A stretch of DNA of 64,000 nt, from contig CAYXPQ010000003.1 of the NCBI GenBank assembly GCA_964467225.1, positions 4,276 to 68,275 of the forward strand, in the 5' to 3' direction. The notes under the pieces are model-generated. The model worked only from the letters and a program-made list of their open reading frames with translations. It was not told where the DNA came from and did no database searches. Positions 20,629 to 29,414 of the stretch are shown piece by piece (positions within the stretch are counted from its first letter, which is position 1; each line of letters begins with the position of its first letter). The position numbers and the translations under genes are program-made. This DNA is from an uncultured Candidatus Saccharibacteria bacterium. Lineage in GTDB: Bacteria; Patescibacteriota; Minisyncoccia; Phycocordibacterales; PALSA-1337.

Positions 20629-21486
20629 ATGTCAAAGGACTATTACAAAATACTAGGAGTAGAAAAGGGGGCTTCAAAAGACGAAATAAAGAGGGCTTTC
20701 CGAAAGCTGGCTCATGAACATCATCCTGACAAAAATAATGGCCAGGACGCCAAATTTAAGGAAATAAATGAGGCCTATACTGTTCTGTCAGATGATACCA
20801 AGAGACAGCAATATGACACATTTGGTTCTGCGGGACCATCTGGTTTTAATCCGGGACAAGGTGGTGGATTCGGAGGATTTGATTTCTCTGGATTTGCAAG
20901 ACAGTATCAGGGACAGAATGGTCAGGCATTCGAATTTGATCTTGGAGATATATTCGGTGAATTTTTCGGTGGAGGCAAAAGAGTTAAAAAAGGCAAGAAC
21001 ATTAACGTTGATGTTCAACTTACATTCAAAGAATCTATTTTCGGTTTAGAAAAGGAGATAATAGTTAATAAAGAGAAATTAGCAGTTAAGATTCCTCCAG
21101 GAATTGAGAATGGTCAAGGACTGAGGGTTCCAGGAAGAGGTGAAGACGGCCCAGGAGGAAAGGGAGATCTCATAGTGCGTGTTTGGGTTGCTGATCATCC
21201 AGTTTTCAGAAAAGAGGGATATAACTTGATAATGGAATTAGATTTAAAATTAACAACAGCATTACTCGGTGCAAATATCGATATTGAGACATTAGATGGA
21301 AAAATAGAAATTAAAATTCCACAAGGAACAACACACAATGAAATTCTAAGAATTAGACAAAAGGGAGTGCCAGATGAGAGAGGAAGAAGAGGAGATATAT
21401 TAATAGTAACGAAAGTAAATATGCCAAAGAAGCTCTCTAAGAATGCTCAAAAAATAATCGAAGAGCTAAAAAAGGAGGGGATATAA
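20629..21486 (+). CDS. dnaJ: DnaJ (class B, no zinc finger)
   Basis: KDYYKILGV, HPD, G/F-rich linker, C-terminal domain; no CxxCxGxG repeats; ATG at 20629. Confidence 0.93.
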   Translation: MSKDYYKILGVEKGASKDEIKRAFRKLAHEHHPDKNNGQDAKFKEINEAYTVLSDDTKRQQYDTFGSAGPSGFNPGQGGGFGGFDFSGFARQYQGQNGQAFEFDLGDIFGEFFGGGKRVKKGKNINVDVQLTFKESIFGLEKEIIVNKEKLAVKIPPGIENGQGLRVPGRGEDGPGGKGDLIVRVWVADHPVFRKEGYNLIMELDLKLTTALLGANIDIETLDGKIEIKIPQGTTHNEILRIRQKGVPDERGRRGDILIVTKVNMPKKLSKNAQKIIEELKKEGI

Positions 21487-21543
21487 AAGAAGACGGTGAC
21501 CATAACTGAAATGGCCACCGTTCTTTGATTTTTGCGGTTTTGT

Positions 21544-21813
21544 TTACCGCAGATGCCTATTGAGGCGCTCGATCCTCCTCGGCGGCTTTCGCCCCAAACA
21601 TTCAGCGCTGGTCAACTTGACCCGTGAAATCGCCTCGTTGACTACAGACTGAATTTGGGCTCGTGGCATGTTTACCACATCAACAAGCTCAGTGATAAAT
21701 CCGATTTCTGTATCTCCGTCAAGGAGTAACTTCAACTCCTCGAGATCCCCACTTCCGGTTACATTGTCACGTTGGGCCTGATCAATCAGGCATGCTGCTT
21801 CTTGGATGTTCAT
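21544..21813 (-). CDS. Small hypothetical protein (cassette)
   Basis: 89 aa, GC-rich; TTGACA at 21848-21853 on -, hairpin 21493-21521. Confidence 0.6.
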   Translation of the reverse strand: MNIQEAACLIDQAQRDNVTGSGDLEELKLLLDGDTEIGFITELVDVVNMPRAQIQSVVNEAISRVKLTSAECLGRKPPRRIERLNRHLR

Positions 21814-21899
21814 ATAGCCGAATACATCATATCATATATATACTATATGTCAAGTATAAAATATTATGAATTAGTAAACAATTTTGTTATTATGTAGCA

Positions 21900-22892
21900 A
21901 TGAAAAAAACATTGCTTTCAGGAATTAAACCCACTGGTCGTCCTCATATAGGTAATTATTTTGGCGCCATGGCACAATGGATAGAATTGCAATCACAATT
22001 CAATTGCCATTTCATGATCGCAGATTATCATGCTTTGAATTTAATTCAAGATAAGGAGGAGATGAAGTCTAATATTAATAATTTAGTTTTGGATTATTTG
22101 GCGATCGGATTAGATCCTGAGAAATCTGTCATTTTTAAGCAGTCGGATATTTATGCTCACACAGAACTGACATGGATATTTGATTCAATTATAGATATAC
22201 CTTATTTAGCAAGGGGACATGCATTTAAAGCAGAAGTAGAAAAAATGAATGATGCTACTCCGTCACAAAGGTCTCTTAGTTCTAAGATGGAACAATTAAC
22301 AGGGGTTAGTGTGGGATTATTCAATTATCCCGTATTAATGGCAGCTGATATCCTTTTGTATGATGCAGATATAGTACCTGTTGGACAGGATCAAAGACAG
22401 CATGTTGAGTATACAAGAGGTATTGGACAAAAATTTAATAGTATTTTTGGAGATACTTTTAAACTTCCAGATTCATACATAATGGATGCTGTTGCAGTGG
22501 TTCCAGGAACAGATGGAAAAAAGATGAGTAAGAGCTATGGAAACACTATTCCATTATTTGCAAGTAGAGAAGAAATTACAAAAGCAGTAATGAGTATAGT
22601 TACAGATTCAGGTTCAGATATTCCAGTTAATGTGTATAATATCCACAAGTTGGTCAGATCTGAAGAGGATTTAAAGGGAATCTATGATGAAAACAAGGGT
22701 AAATATAAAATCTTGAAAGAGAAATTAATAGAAGACCTTGACGCATTTATAAAACCACTTCGTGAAAAAAGAGAGGAATTATCAAAAAATAGTAATATAA
22801 TAAAAGAGGTTTTGGAGAAGGGAGCACTTAGGGCAAAGGAGAAGGCAGATGCCAAACTTTTGACTATCAAGAAAAATATTGGTGTATTGTAA
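21900..22892 (+). CDS. trpS: Tryptophan--tRNA ligase
   Basis: HIGNY, YPVLMAADIL, VPVGQDQ, KMSKS. Confidence 0.97.
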   Translation: MKKTLLSGIKPTGRPHIGNYFGAMAQWIELQSQFNCHFMIADYHALNLIQDKEEMKSNINNLVLDYLAIGLDPEKSVIFKQSDIYAHTELTWIFDSIIDIPYLARGHAFKAEVEKMNDATPSQRSLSSKMEQLTGVSVGLFNYPVLMAADILLYDADIVPVGQDQRQHVEYTRGIGQKFNSIFGDTFKLPDSYIMDAVAVVPGTDGKKMSKSYGNTIPLFASREEITKAVMSIVTDSGSDIPVNVYNIHKLVRSEEDLKGIYDENKGKYKILKEKLIEDLDAFIKPLREKREELSKNSNIIKEVLEKGALRAKEKADAKLLTIKKNIGVL

Positions 22893-22893
22893 A

Positions 22894-22950
22894 TCTTCAT
22901 TAAATCTTAATAACTTCTTAAGCTTTTCTTAATACCTTGTTTTCTATACT
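22894..22950 (+). promoter_or_regulatory. Four phased TCTT(A/C)A direct repeats plus -10 TATACT
   Basis: TCTT at 22894, 22905, 22916, 22927 (11-bp period); TATACT 22945-22950. Confidence 0.55.
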
Positions 22951-22978
22951 TATTTCATTATTAAGTTAAAAAATAATT

Positions 22979-23221
22979 ATGGAAAATAATAATGAACAGT
23001 ATTCATTTGTATTGGGAGCTTTAGCAAGAATAGACAAGAAAGTAGACATTATGAGTCAAAGTTTACAAGAAGTTAAGATTGACCTTATACATGTTAAAGA
23101 AGATATAGATGAGGCAAGAGCAGATATTTCAGAATTAAAGCAATACAACAGTCTTGCAATACTTAAACACATTGACGAGGATGAAGAATTCAGAGAATTT
23201 GAAGAAGAACTAGAAAGATAA
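22979..23221 (+). CDS. Small coiled-coil hypothetical protein
   Basis: 80 aa with heptad-like, acidic sequence. Confidence 0.7.
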   Translation: MENNNEQYSFVLGALARIDKKVDIMSQSLQEVKIDLIHVKEDIDEARADISELKQYNSLAILKHIDEDEEFREFEEELER

Positions 23222-23263
23222 GGACTATAGCGAGAAATAAGCTTTTTTGCTATTATGTCGATT

Positions 23264-24592
23264 ATGCAAAGAACTTATATAAAAGATCTAAAAGATCATT
23301 TGGGCAAAGAAGTTAGTATTTCTGGTTGGGTTGATATTCGTCGGGATCAGGGGAAATTAATTTTCCTTGATTTTCGCGATGTTACCGGAAGAATACAAGG
23401 TGTTATTTTGCCTAATGCAAAAGACGCTCATGAAGTAGGGGTGAAGCTTAGATCAGAATGGGTAGTTAAGGTTACAGGTAAAGTTAATGCGAGACCAGAG
23501 AGAAATATTCAAAAGGATAAATTAAACGGGGATATTGAGTTAGAAATATTAAGTATTGAAATACTGAGCGCTGCAAAGGACCTTCCATTCGACAAAGATG
23601 CAGATATAAATATAGATACGCATCTAGATAATTTACCTTTAACTCTTAGAAGGGCAAAGTACACAGCAGTATTCAAGGTGCAAGCCGAAATTGTTAGAAA
23701 TTTCAGAGAATTCTTTAATAAGGAAAATTTCGTTGAATTTCAGGCACCGAAATTAATAGGTGATGATGCAGAGGGAGGTGCAAATTCTTTTGATGTTACC
23801 TATTTCAAACACATAGCTCACTTAGCTCAAAGTCCACAATTGTATAAGCAAATTATGGTTGGTGTTTTTGAAAAGGTATTTTCTATTGGAAATGTTTATA
23901 GGGCGGAAAAGCATAGCACAACTAGACATCTAAATGAATATACAAGCATGGATATTGAGATGGCTTTCATTAAGGATCATTTAGATGTTATGAATATGGA
24001 GAACAAATGGTTGGTATATTTAATGAATGAACTATCAAGTAAATATTCAGAAGAATTTAAACTATGGAATGCTACACTACCAGTAGTTCCTGTTGAAATA
24101 CCGAAGTTAACATTACGAGAGGCTCAGGCATTAATTACAAAAGAGACAGGTAAGGATTGTACGAATGAACCAGACCTAGAACCAGAACATGAAAGATGGT
24201 TGTGTGATTATGCAAAGAAAGAATACAATTCAGATTTCATTTTTGTAACTAATTTCCCAACAGCTAAGCGCCCATTCTATACCTATAGAGATGAGAAGGA
24301 CCCTACTTACACGAAAGGTTTTGATCTATTATTTAGAGGTGTTGAAATAACAACAGGAGCTCAAAGAATTCACAACTATGATGATCTGGTCTCATCTATG
24401 AAGGAAAAGAAACTTAATCCAGATAAGTTTAGTTATTATCTACAAGCGTTCAGAAGTGGTATGCCACCTCATGGAGGATTTGGATTTGGTCTAGAAAGAC
24501 TAACAGCAAAACTATTTGGTATTGAAAATGTTAAGGAGGCAACATTGTTCCCAAGAGATATAAATAGAATTGATAATCTTCTATCTAAGTAA
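23264..24592 (+). CDS. aspS: Aspartate--tRNA ligase, archaeal/non-discriminating type
   Basis: LAQSPQLYKQ, YRAEK..T.RHLNEY, GMPPHGGFGFGLER, FPRD; no GAD insert. Confidence 0.92.
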   Translation: MQRTYIKDLKDHLGKEVSISGWVDIRRDQGKLIFLDFRDVTGRIQGVILPNAKDAHEVGVKLRSEWVVKVTGKVNARPERNIQKDKLNGDIELEILSIEILSAAKDLPFDKDADINIDTHLDNLPLTLRRAKYTAVFKVQAEIVRNFREFFNKENFVEFQAPKLIGDDAEGGANSFDVTYFKHIAHLAQSPQLYKQIMVGVFEKVFSIGNVYRAEKHSTTRHLNEYTSMDIEMAFIKDHLDVMNMENKWLVYLMNELSSKYSEEFKLWNATLPVVPVEIPKLTLREAQALITKETGKDCTNEPDLEPEHERWLCDYAKKEYNSDFIFVTNFPTAKRPFYTYRDEKDPTYTKGFDLLFRGVEITTGAQRIHNYDDLVSSMKEKKLNPDKFSYYLQAFRSGMPPHGGFGFGLERLTAKLFGIENVKEATLFPRDINRIDNLLSK

Positions 24593-24645
24593 TTCAATCT
24601 AATTAGATTTATAAACAAAGGTAAATCATCCGCTTCTTTTTCTGT

Positions 24646-24714
24646 GGGCCTGCCGATGGCTCGGAATCTTCGGGTTGCCACCTAGGATTGCGGGTTCGAT
24701 CCCCGTCAGGTCCA
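24646..24714 (+). ncRNA. Non-canonical tRNA-Ala/tmRNA-like RNA (tRNA-like domain)
   Basis: Acceptor GGGCCTG/CAGGTCC+A with G3:U70; T-arm GCGGG-TTCGATC-CCCGT; CCGA-TGGC-TCGG D-like arm; 9-bp arm with loop GTTGCCA; lacks canonical U8/A9 and variable loop. Confidence 0.75.
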
Positions 24715-24772
24715 CAAAAAAGGAAGTGGTAATAATTTGCTTTTACATATCTAAGTGTGATAATATAATGCA

Positions 24773-24839
24773 ACGGTGGCAATCCGAGGAAATCATAACT
24801 ATCGGTAATCCGCAAAACTGACGCTCTGGCGTCTTTTTT
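24773..24839 (+). ncRNA. Putative small RNA complementary to the tRNA-like element
   Basis: Promoter-like TTGCTT/TTTACA ... TGa-TAATAT/TATAAT (24737-24769); terminator GACGC-TCTG-GCGTC-TTTTTT (24820-24839); 16-bp complementarity to 24667-24682; 5' end estimated. Confidence 0.6.
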
Positions 24840-24914
24840 GTTTTTAAAATAAAAAAAACAAAGCCACCATCAATTCCTCTTATTGTGGTGGCTTATAGTC
24901 TTGCTATGTTTGGG

Positions 24915-25166
24915 CTAAAAGAGCTTCATACCTTCTCCACTCATGATCTCTTTTACATCACATCTCTCGATGGACACCTCCTGCTCATTAACCGTAATTG
25001 ACACCTGTTCAGATGTTGCGGTAAAACTACCGTGGCTAACATAGATTACCCCTTTGTCAGCCTCGATCGATTCCGCAAGGGTATCGGTGTAGCTTGTGTC
25101 AACCAGTTGAACTGAGAATGAACCAGTATAATTTGCGAGAATCTCGAGCCCATGTGTTGTACTCAT
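24915..25166 (-). CDS. Small hypothetical protein (cassette)
   Basis: GC-richer ORF, GGAGG 11 nt before ATG 25166, hairpin AAGCCACCA...TGGTGGCTT at 24861-24894. Confidence 0.6.
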   Translation of the reverse strand: MSTTHGLEILANYTGSFSVQLVDTSYTDTLAESIEADKGVIYVSHGSFTATSEQVSITVNEQEVSIERCDVKEIMSGEGMKLF

Positions 25167-25291
25167 AGTTTGATTATCCTCCAATACAAATATATCACTT
25201 TTATACAGATAATCAATGTTTATTGGTTAATCAATTATGATATTCTCCTGAGCGCTTACAAACGCCATGCATTTTCTGTTACAATATATTA

Positions 25292-26026
25292 ATGACTGAC
25301 CAATTCAAAATCAAAACTCAAGTCTTTGAGGGACCATTGGATTTACTGCTCATATTAGTTGAGAAAAGGAAATTATTTATTAATGATATAGCGTTATCTC
25401 AAGTTACTGATGATTTTATTGCTCACATTCAGAATTTTGAGAAATTACCAATGGGTGATTCTGCGCATTTTATTTTAATAGCTTCTACTTTACTTCTTAT
25501 AAAATCGAAGTCTTTATTACCTGCTCTTACACTAACTGAAGAAGAAGAGGAGGGAATTCATGATCTTGAAACTAGATTAAAAATATTTAAAAGAATAAAA
25601 GAAGCTAGTGTGAATGTTTCAAATCTGTTTGGTAAGGAAATAATATTTGAGCAATCACAGCAGAGACCTTCTGTTCCAGTATTTTCCCCTCATGAATCTA
25701 TGAATTTGCTTTCTCTGGCACAAGCAATAAAAGATATAATTAAATCTCTACCTAAGAAGGAAGATATTCCAAAAGCAGTAGTCAAAAAAGTTATAAGTTT
25801 AGAAGAAATGATAGACAACTTAACAAAAAGAATTACTCATGGTCTCAAAATGAAGTTCAGCGAATTTTCTGGTTCTACCAATAAAGCAGAGAAAGTAAAT
25901 GTAATTGTCAGTTTTTTGGCAATGTTAGAATTAGTTAAGCAAGGAGTCATACATGTGAGTCAGGAAAAAAATTTTGCTGATATTCACATGGAAAGCAAAG
26001 AAATAGGAGTTCCGAGGTATAATTAA
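25292..26026 (+). CDS. scpA: Segregation/condensation protein ScpA
   Basis: FEGPLDLLL, IASTLLLIKSKSLLP, FLAMLEL. Confidence 0.95.
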   Translation: MTDQFKIKTQVFEGPLDLLLILVEKRKLFINDIALSQVTDDFIAHIQNFEKLPMGDSAHFILIASTLLLIKSKSLLPALTLTEEEEEGIHDLETRLKIFKRIKEASVNVSNLFGKEIIFEQSQQRPSVPVFSPHESMNLLSLAQAIKDIIKSLPKKEDIPKAVVKKVISLEEMIDNLTKRITHGLKMKFSEFSGSTNKAEKVNVIVSFLAMLELVKQGVIHVSQEKNFADIHMESKEIGVPRYN

Positions 26027-26034
26027 AAAATATT

Positions 26035-26583
26035 ATGCAATTAAATTTAGAATCACAAATCGAAGCAGTGTTATTTTGGAAAGCTGAGCCAATTTCACTA
26101 AAAAAGCTAGCTAATATTCTCAAAAGAACAGAAGAAGAAATCAAATTAGGCATTGCAGAATTAAGGAAAGCATTAAAAAATCGAGGAATAACAATTATAG
26201 AAAATGGTGAAGAAATAGCTTTAGGTACTAATAAGCTCGCTTCAGGATTGATTGAGACTCTCACTAAAGAAGAACTTACCAAAGATCTTGGTAAAGCTGG
26301 ATTAGAGACTTTATCTATAATAATTTATCAAGGTCCAATATCAAGACCAGAGATAGACTATATTAGAGGTGTCAATTCACAATTTATAATTAGAAATTTA
26401 CTCGTTCGGGGGTTAATACAAAAAGTTGATAATCCAAAAGATCAAAGAAGTTTCCTCTATAAGCCTACTCTCGAGCTTTTATCTTATCTCGGATTATCTA
26501 AAATTGACGATATGCCTGAATTTGAATCAGTAAAAAAGGATATTGATAGCTTCAAACAGAATATTGATGAACAAAAATCATAA
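26035..26583 (+). CDS. scpB: Segregation/condensation protein ScpB
   Basis: IEAVLF, LETLSIIIYQGPISR.EIDYIRGVNS. Confidence 0.95.
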   Translation: MQLNLESQIEAVLFWKAEPISLKKLANILKRTEEEIKLGIAELRKALKNRGITIIENGEEIALGTNKLASGLIETLTKEELTKDLGKAGLETLSIIIYQGPISRPEIDYIRGVNSQFIIRNLLVRGLIQKVDNPKDQRSFLYKPTLELLSYLGLSKIDDMPEFESVKKDIDSFKQNIDEQKS

Positions 26584-27664
26584 AATAGATCGAATATTTC
26601 TTATTTCTGTGACACTACTGACTGGTATTGGATTTTTGATTTTTATTTCTGCGTCACTTGGATTACTTTTAAAAAATGAATCTGCCTACAGTCTTGTAGC
26701 AATAAAGCAATTTGTTGGTCTTGTCATAGGCTGTGTGGCGTTCTTTGTTATGTCTAGAATAAATTATAAGAATTTAAAAAGATATTCATTTTATATTTTG
26801 ATTTCTGCTATTGCTGTAAATCTTTTATTATTTATACCTTTTATAACTTTGCATCATGGTGGAGCAACTAGGTGGATTGATTTGGGATTCATTACATTTC
26901 AGCCTTCAGAATTTCTCAAAATAGCTTTTATTATTTATTTCTCAGCATGGTTATCTACAATGAAGTATAAAATTGGCGATTTTAAATCTGGAATTTTGCC
27001 ATATTTGGTTATTGTTAGTATTTTGGGTTTAATATTATTAACCCAATCTGATACAGATACATTAGTAGTTATAGCGGGAACGGGTATAATAATGCTTTTT
27101 ATTTCAGGAACAAAGATTAGAGATTTAATTCTACTATCTTTGGTATTACTTGTCTCTATTTCAGCTATAATCTATCTTAGACCATACGCCAAACAGAGAT
27201 TTATGACTTTTCTTAACTCCTCTAACGATCCACAAGGTGCCGGTTATCAAATACAGCAATCATTGATTGCAATTGGTTCAGGAGGATTCACTGGAAGAGG
27301 ATTCGGTCAAAGTATACAGAAATTTAGTTATTTACCGGAGCCAATGGGTGATTCAGTTTTTGCTGTTGGAGCGGAAGAGTTCGGATTTATTGGTAGTGTA
27401 GGCTTAATATTTTTGTATTTATTTTTTCTTTTTAAATCTCTCAGGATTTCTGCTAGATCTCCTGATGATTTCAGTGGACTTCTGGTCGCGGGAATTGCTA
27501 TACTTATAATCATAGAGTCATTTATGAATATTTCATCAATGATGGGAATTATTCCACTTTCGGGCATGCCTCTACTTTTTGTAAGCCATGGGGGAACAGC
27601 GTTGATAATTGCTTTGGCAGCTGCAGGAATAATTGCAAATGTGTCCAAATATCAAAGAACTTAA
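26567..27664 (+). CDS. ftsW: SEDS peptidoglycan polymerase FtsW
   Basis: GATRW, FQPSEFLK, GYQIQQS.IAIGSGG, LPEP..D, SHGGT; upstream of murG. Confidence 0.9.
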   Translation: MNKNHKIDRIFLISVTLLTGIGFLIFISASLGLLLKNESAYSLVAIKQFVGLVIGCVAFFVMSRINYKNLKRYSFYILISAIAVNLLLFIPFITLHHGGATRWIDLGFITFQPSEFLKIAFIIYFSAWLSTMKYKIGDFKSGILPYLVIVSILGLILLTQSDTDTLVVIAGTGIIMLFISGTKIRDLILLSLVLLVSISAIIYLRPYAKQRFMTFLNSSNDPQGAGYQIQQSLIAIGSGGFTGRGFGQSIQKFSYLPEPMGDSVFAVGAEEFGFIGSVGLIFLYLFFLFKSLRISARSPDDFSGLLVAGIAILIIIESFMNISSMMGIIPLSGMPLLFVSHGGTALIIALAAAGIIANVSKYQRT

Positions 27665-27669
27665 ATAAA

Positions 27670-28794
27670 ATGAAAATACTATTTACAGGAGGTGGTACTG
27701 GAGGTCATTTCTATCCGGTTATAGCCATTGCACAGGCATTATATGAAAACGCTAAGAATAACAAGGTATTACCCCCGCTTCTATATTTCATGGCGCCTTC
27801 TCAATACAATCCTCGTGCTTTGTTTGATAATGACATTGAATTCATTCAAGTCCCAGCAGGAAAGATTAGAAGATATTTTTCATTTTTAAATTTTACTGAT
27901 GTATTTAAGACTTTTTATGGAGTCATTATCGCAATTATAAGAATGTATCAAATATATCCAGATGTTGTTGTGGGTAAAGGTGGGTATGCAAGTTTCCCAC
28001 CTTTATTCGCAGCTAGGATATTAAGGATTCCTGTTATAATTCATGAATCAGACAGTGCTCCTGGAAAAGTAAATGCTTGGGCTGGAAAATTTGCTCAAAA
28101 AATAGCAGTATCATATCCAGAAGCAAGTAAGTATTTTAAAAATGATAAAGTAGCATTTACTGGTAATCCTATTAGGAAGGAAATAATTAATCCTCTAAGT
28201 AATGGTGCAAAGGAGTTTTTGAAACTAGAAGAAATTACTCCAACTATTTTTATAATTGGTGGATCACAGGGCGCTCAAAATATTAACGATACTGTAATAG
28301 AAAGTCTCCCCGAGCTTGTACAAAAATATCAAATTATTCATCAGACAGGAAGGAAAAATTTTGAAATAGTAACCAAAACCGCAGAAGTGGTTCTTGGAGA
28401 TAGTAAATATTCCCATAGATATCATCCGTATGATTACCTAAATGATTTATCACTAAGAATGGCAGCTGGTGCTAGTGATTTGGTCGTATCTAGAGCAGGA
28501 TCAACTATTTTTGAGATTGCCTCATGGGGATTACCATCAATTATAATCCCATTGCCTCGAAATATTAGCCATGATCAAGTTAATAACGCTTTCTCCTATG
28601 CACATTCAGGCGCTTGCGTAGTAATGGAGGAACAGAACTTAAGTTCACATATTTTTATCTCAGAAATTGATAGAATAATCAATAATCAGACAATAAAAGA
28701 CAAAATGAGGCAAGGAGCAAAGCAATTTAGTCATATTGATGCAGCGAATAAAATAGCTAATGTTATACTTGAAACAGCATTGTCACATGAATAG
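27670..28794 (+). CDS. murG: MurG glycosyltransferase
   Basis: GGGTGGH, KGGYAS, IHESD, TGNPIR, GGSQGA, SRAG. Confidence 0.97.
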   Translation: MKILFTGGGTGGHFYPVIAIAQALYENAKNNKVLPPLLYFMAPSQYNPRALFDNDIEFIQVPAGKIRRYFSFLNFTDVFKTFYGVIIAIIRMYQIYPDVVVGKGGYASFPPLFAARILRIPVIIHESDSAPGKVNAWAGKFAQKIAVSYPEASKYFKNDKVAFTGNPIRKEIINPLSNGAKEFLKLEEITPTIFIIGGSQGAQNINDTVIESLPELVQKYQIIHQTGRKNFEIVTKTAEVVLGDSKYSHRYHPYDYLNDLSLRMAAGASDLVVSRAGSTIFEIASWGLPSIIIPLPRNISHDQVNNAFSYAHSGACVVMEEQNLSSHIFISEIDRIINNQTIKDKMRQGAKQFSHIDAANKIANVILETALSHE

Positions 28795-28850
28795 ATAATG
28801 TGCTATAATGGTCTTGTAAGTATAATTTATTAGTCTAAATATTATAAAAT

Positions 28851-29354
28851 ATGGAAGCAACAAATGGTATAAAGATATGGCAATGGATAGTTACAGTTAT
28901 AGTAATTGCTATTCTAGTTTTCCTTGGTTACAAGATGTTCAGTGGTGGTTCAAAAACTAATTCTGATGTTGTAGTTGAAAACATAGATACAACAGATACA
29001 GTTACATCTCTTGATTCAAATAGGGTTGTAGTTCTAGATCAATTTCCAGGTAATATAGTCTATATATCATCTGTACAATTAGCTAAACCAGGTTTTGTTG
29101 CAATTAAAGGAGACAAGAGTGGTGTAGCAGGTGATGTTATAGGATATCAATACTTTGATAAGGGTATTAATCCAGGAAAGATTACTCTTACAAAGTCAAC
29201 AGTAGATGGAGGTATTTATTACGCTCAGTTATATGTTGATGATGGAGATAAAAAATTTGATTCAACAAAGGATTTTCCTATTAAGGATCAATCTGGTAAC
29301 GATATCATGAAGTTGTTTAGGGTTAGCACTAACGTCAGTGAGGTAAAAGGATAG
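28851..29354 (+). CDS. Membrane-anchored exported hypothetical protein
   Basis: N-terminal TM, DQ.PG...GFVAI...YYAQLY.DDGD..FD...D.P pattern. Confidence 0.65.
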   Translation: MEATNGIKIWQWIVTVIVIAILVFLGYKMFSGGSKTNSDVVVENIDTTDTVTSLDSNRVVVLDQFPGNIVYISSVQLAKPGFVAIKGDKSGVAGDVIGYQYFDKGINPGKITLTKSTVDGGIYYAQLYVDDGDKKFDSTKDFPIKDQSGNDIMKLFRVSTNVSEVKG

Positions 29355-29369
29355 TTCAATTTTACTAAA

Positions 29370-29395
29370 TAAAAACACCCGAAAGGGTGTTTTTA
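29370..29395. terminator. Bidirectional intrinsic terminator
   Basis: TAAAAACACCC-GAAA-GGGTGTTTTTA. Confidence 0.8.
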
Positions 29396-29414
29396 TGTTA
29401 TAATAAAATTTAAT

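Noticed and set aside
24646-24714. Ordinary second tRNA-Ala(TGC)
   Set aside because: TGC is centred in a 7-nt loop, but U8/A9, a normal D-loop, purine 37 and the variable loop are absent; a canonical copy exists at 57592.
24704-24729. SRP (4.5S) RNA resemblance: TCAGGTCC...GGAAG
   Set aside because: The loop is ACAAAAAA rather than GNRA and AGCAG is missing; the bases are better explained as acceptor stem plus trailer helix.
24768-24821. 17-aa ORF MQRWQSEEIITIGNPQN as an independent peptide gene
   Set aside because: Its ATG overlaps the predicted -10 region, so it would not be in the transcript; only the 3' part is kept as a possible tag frame.
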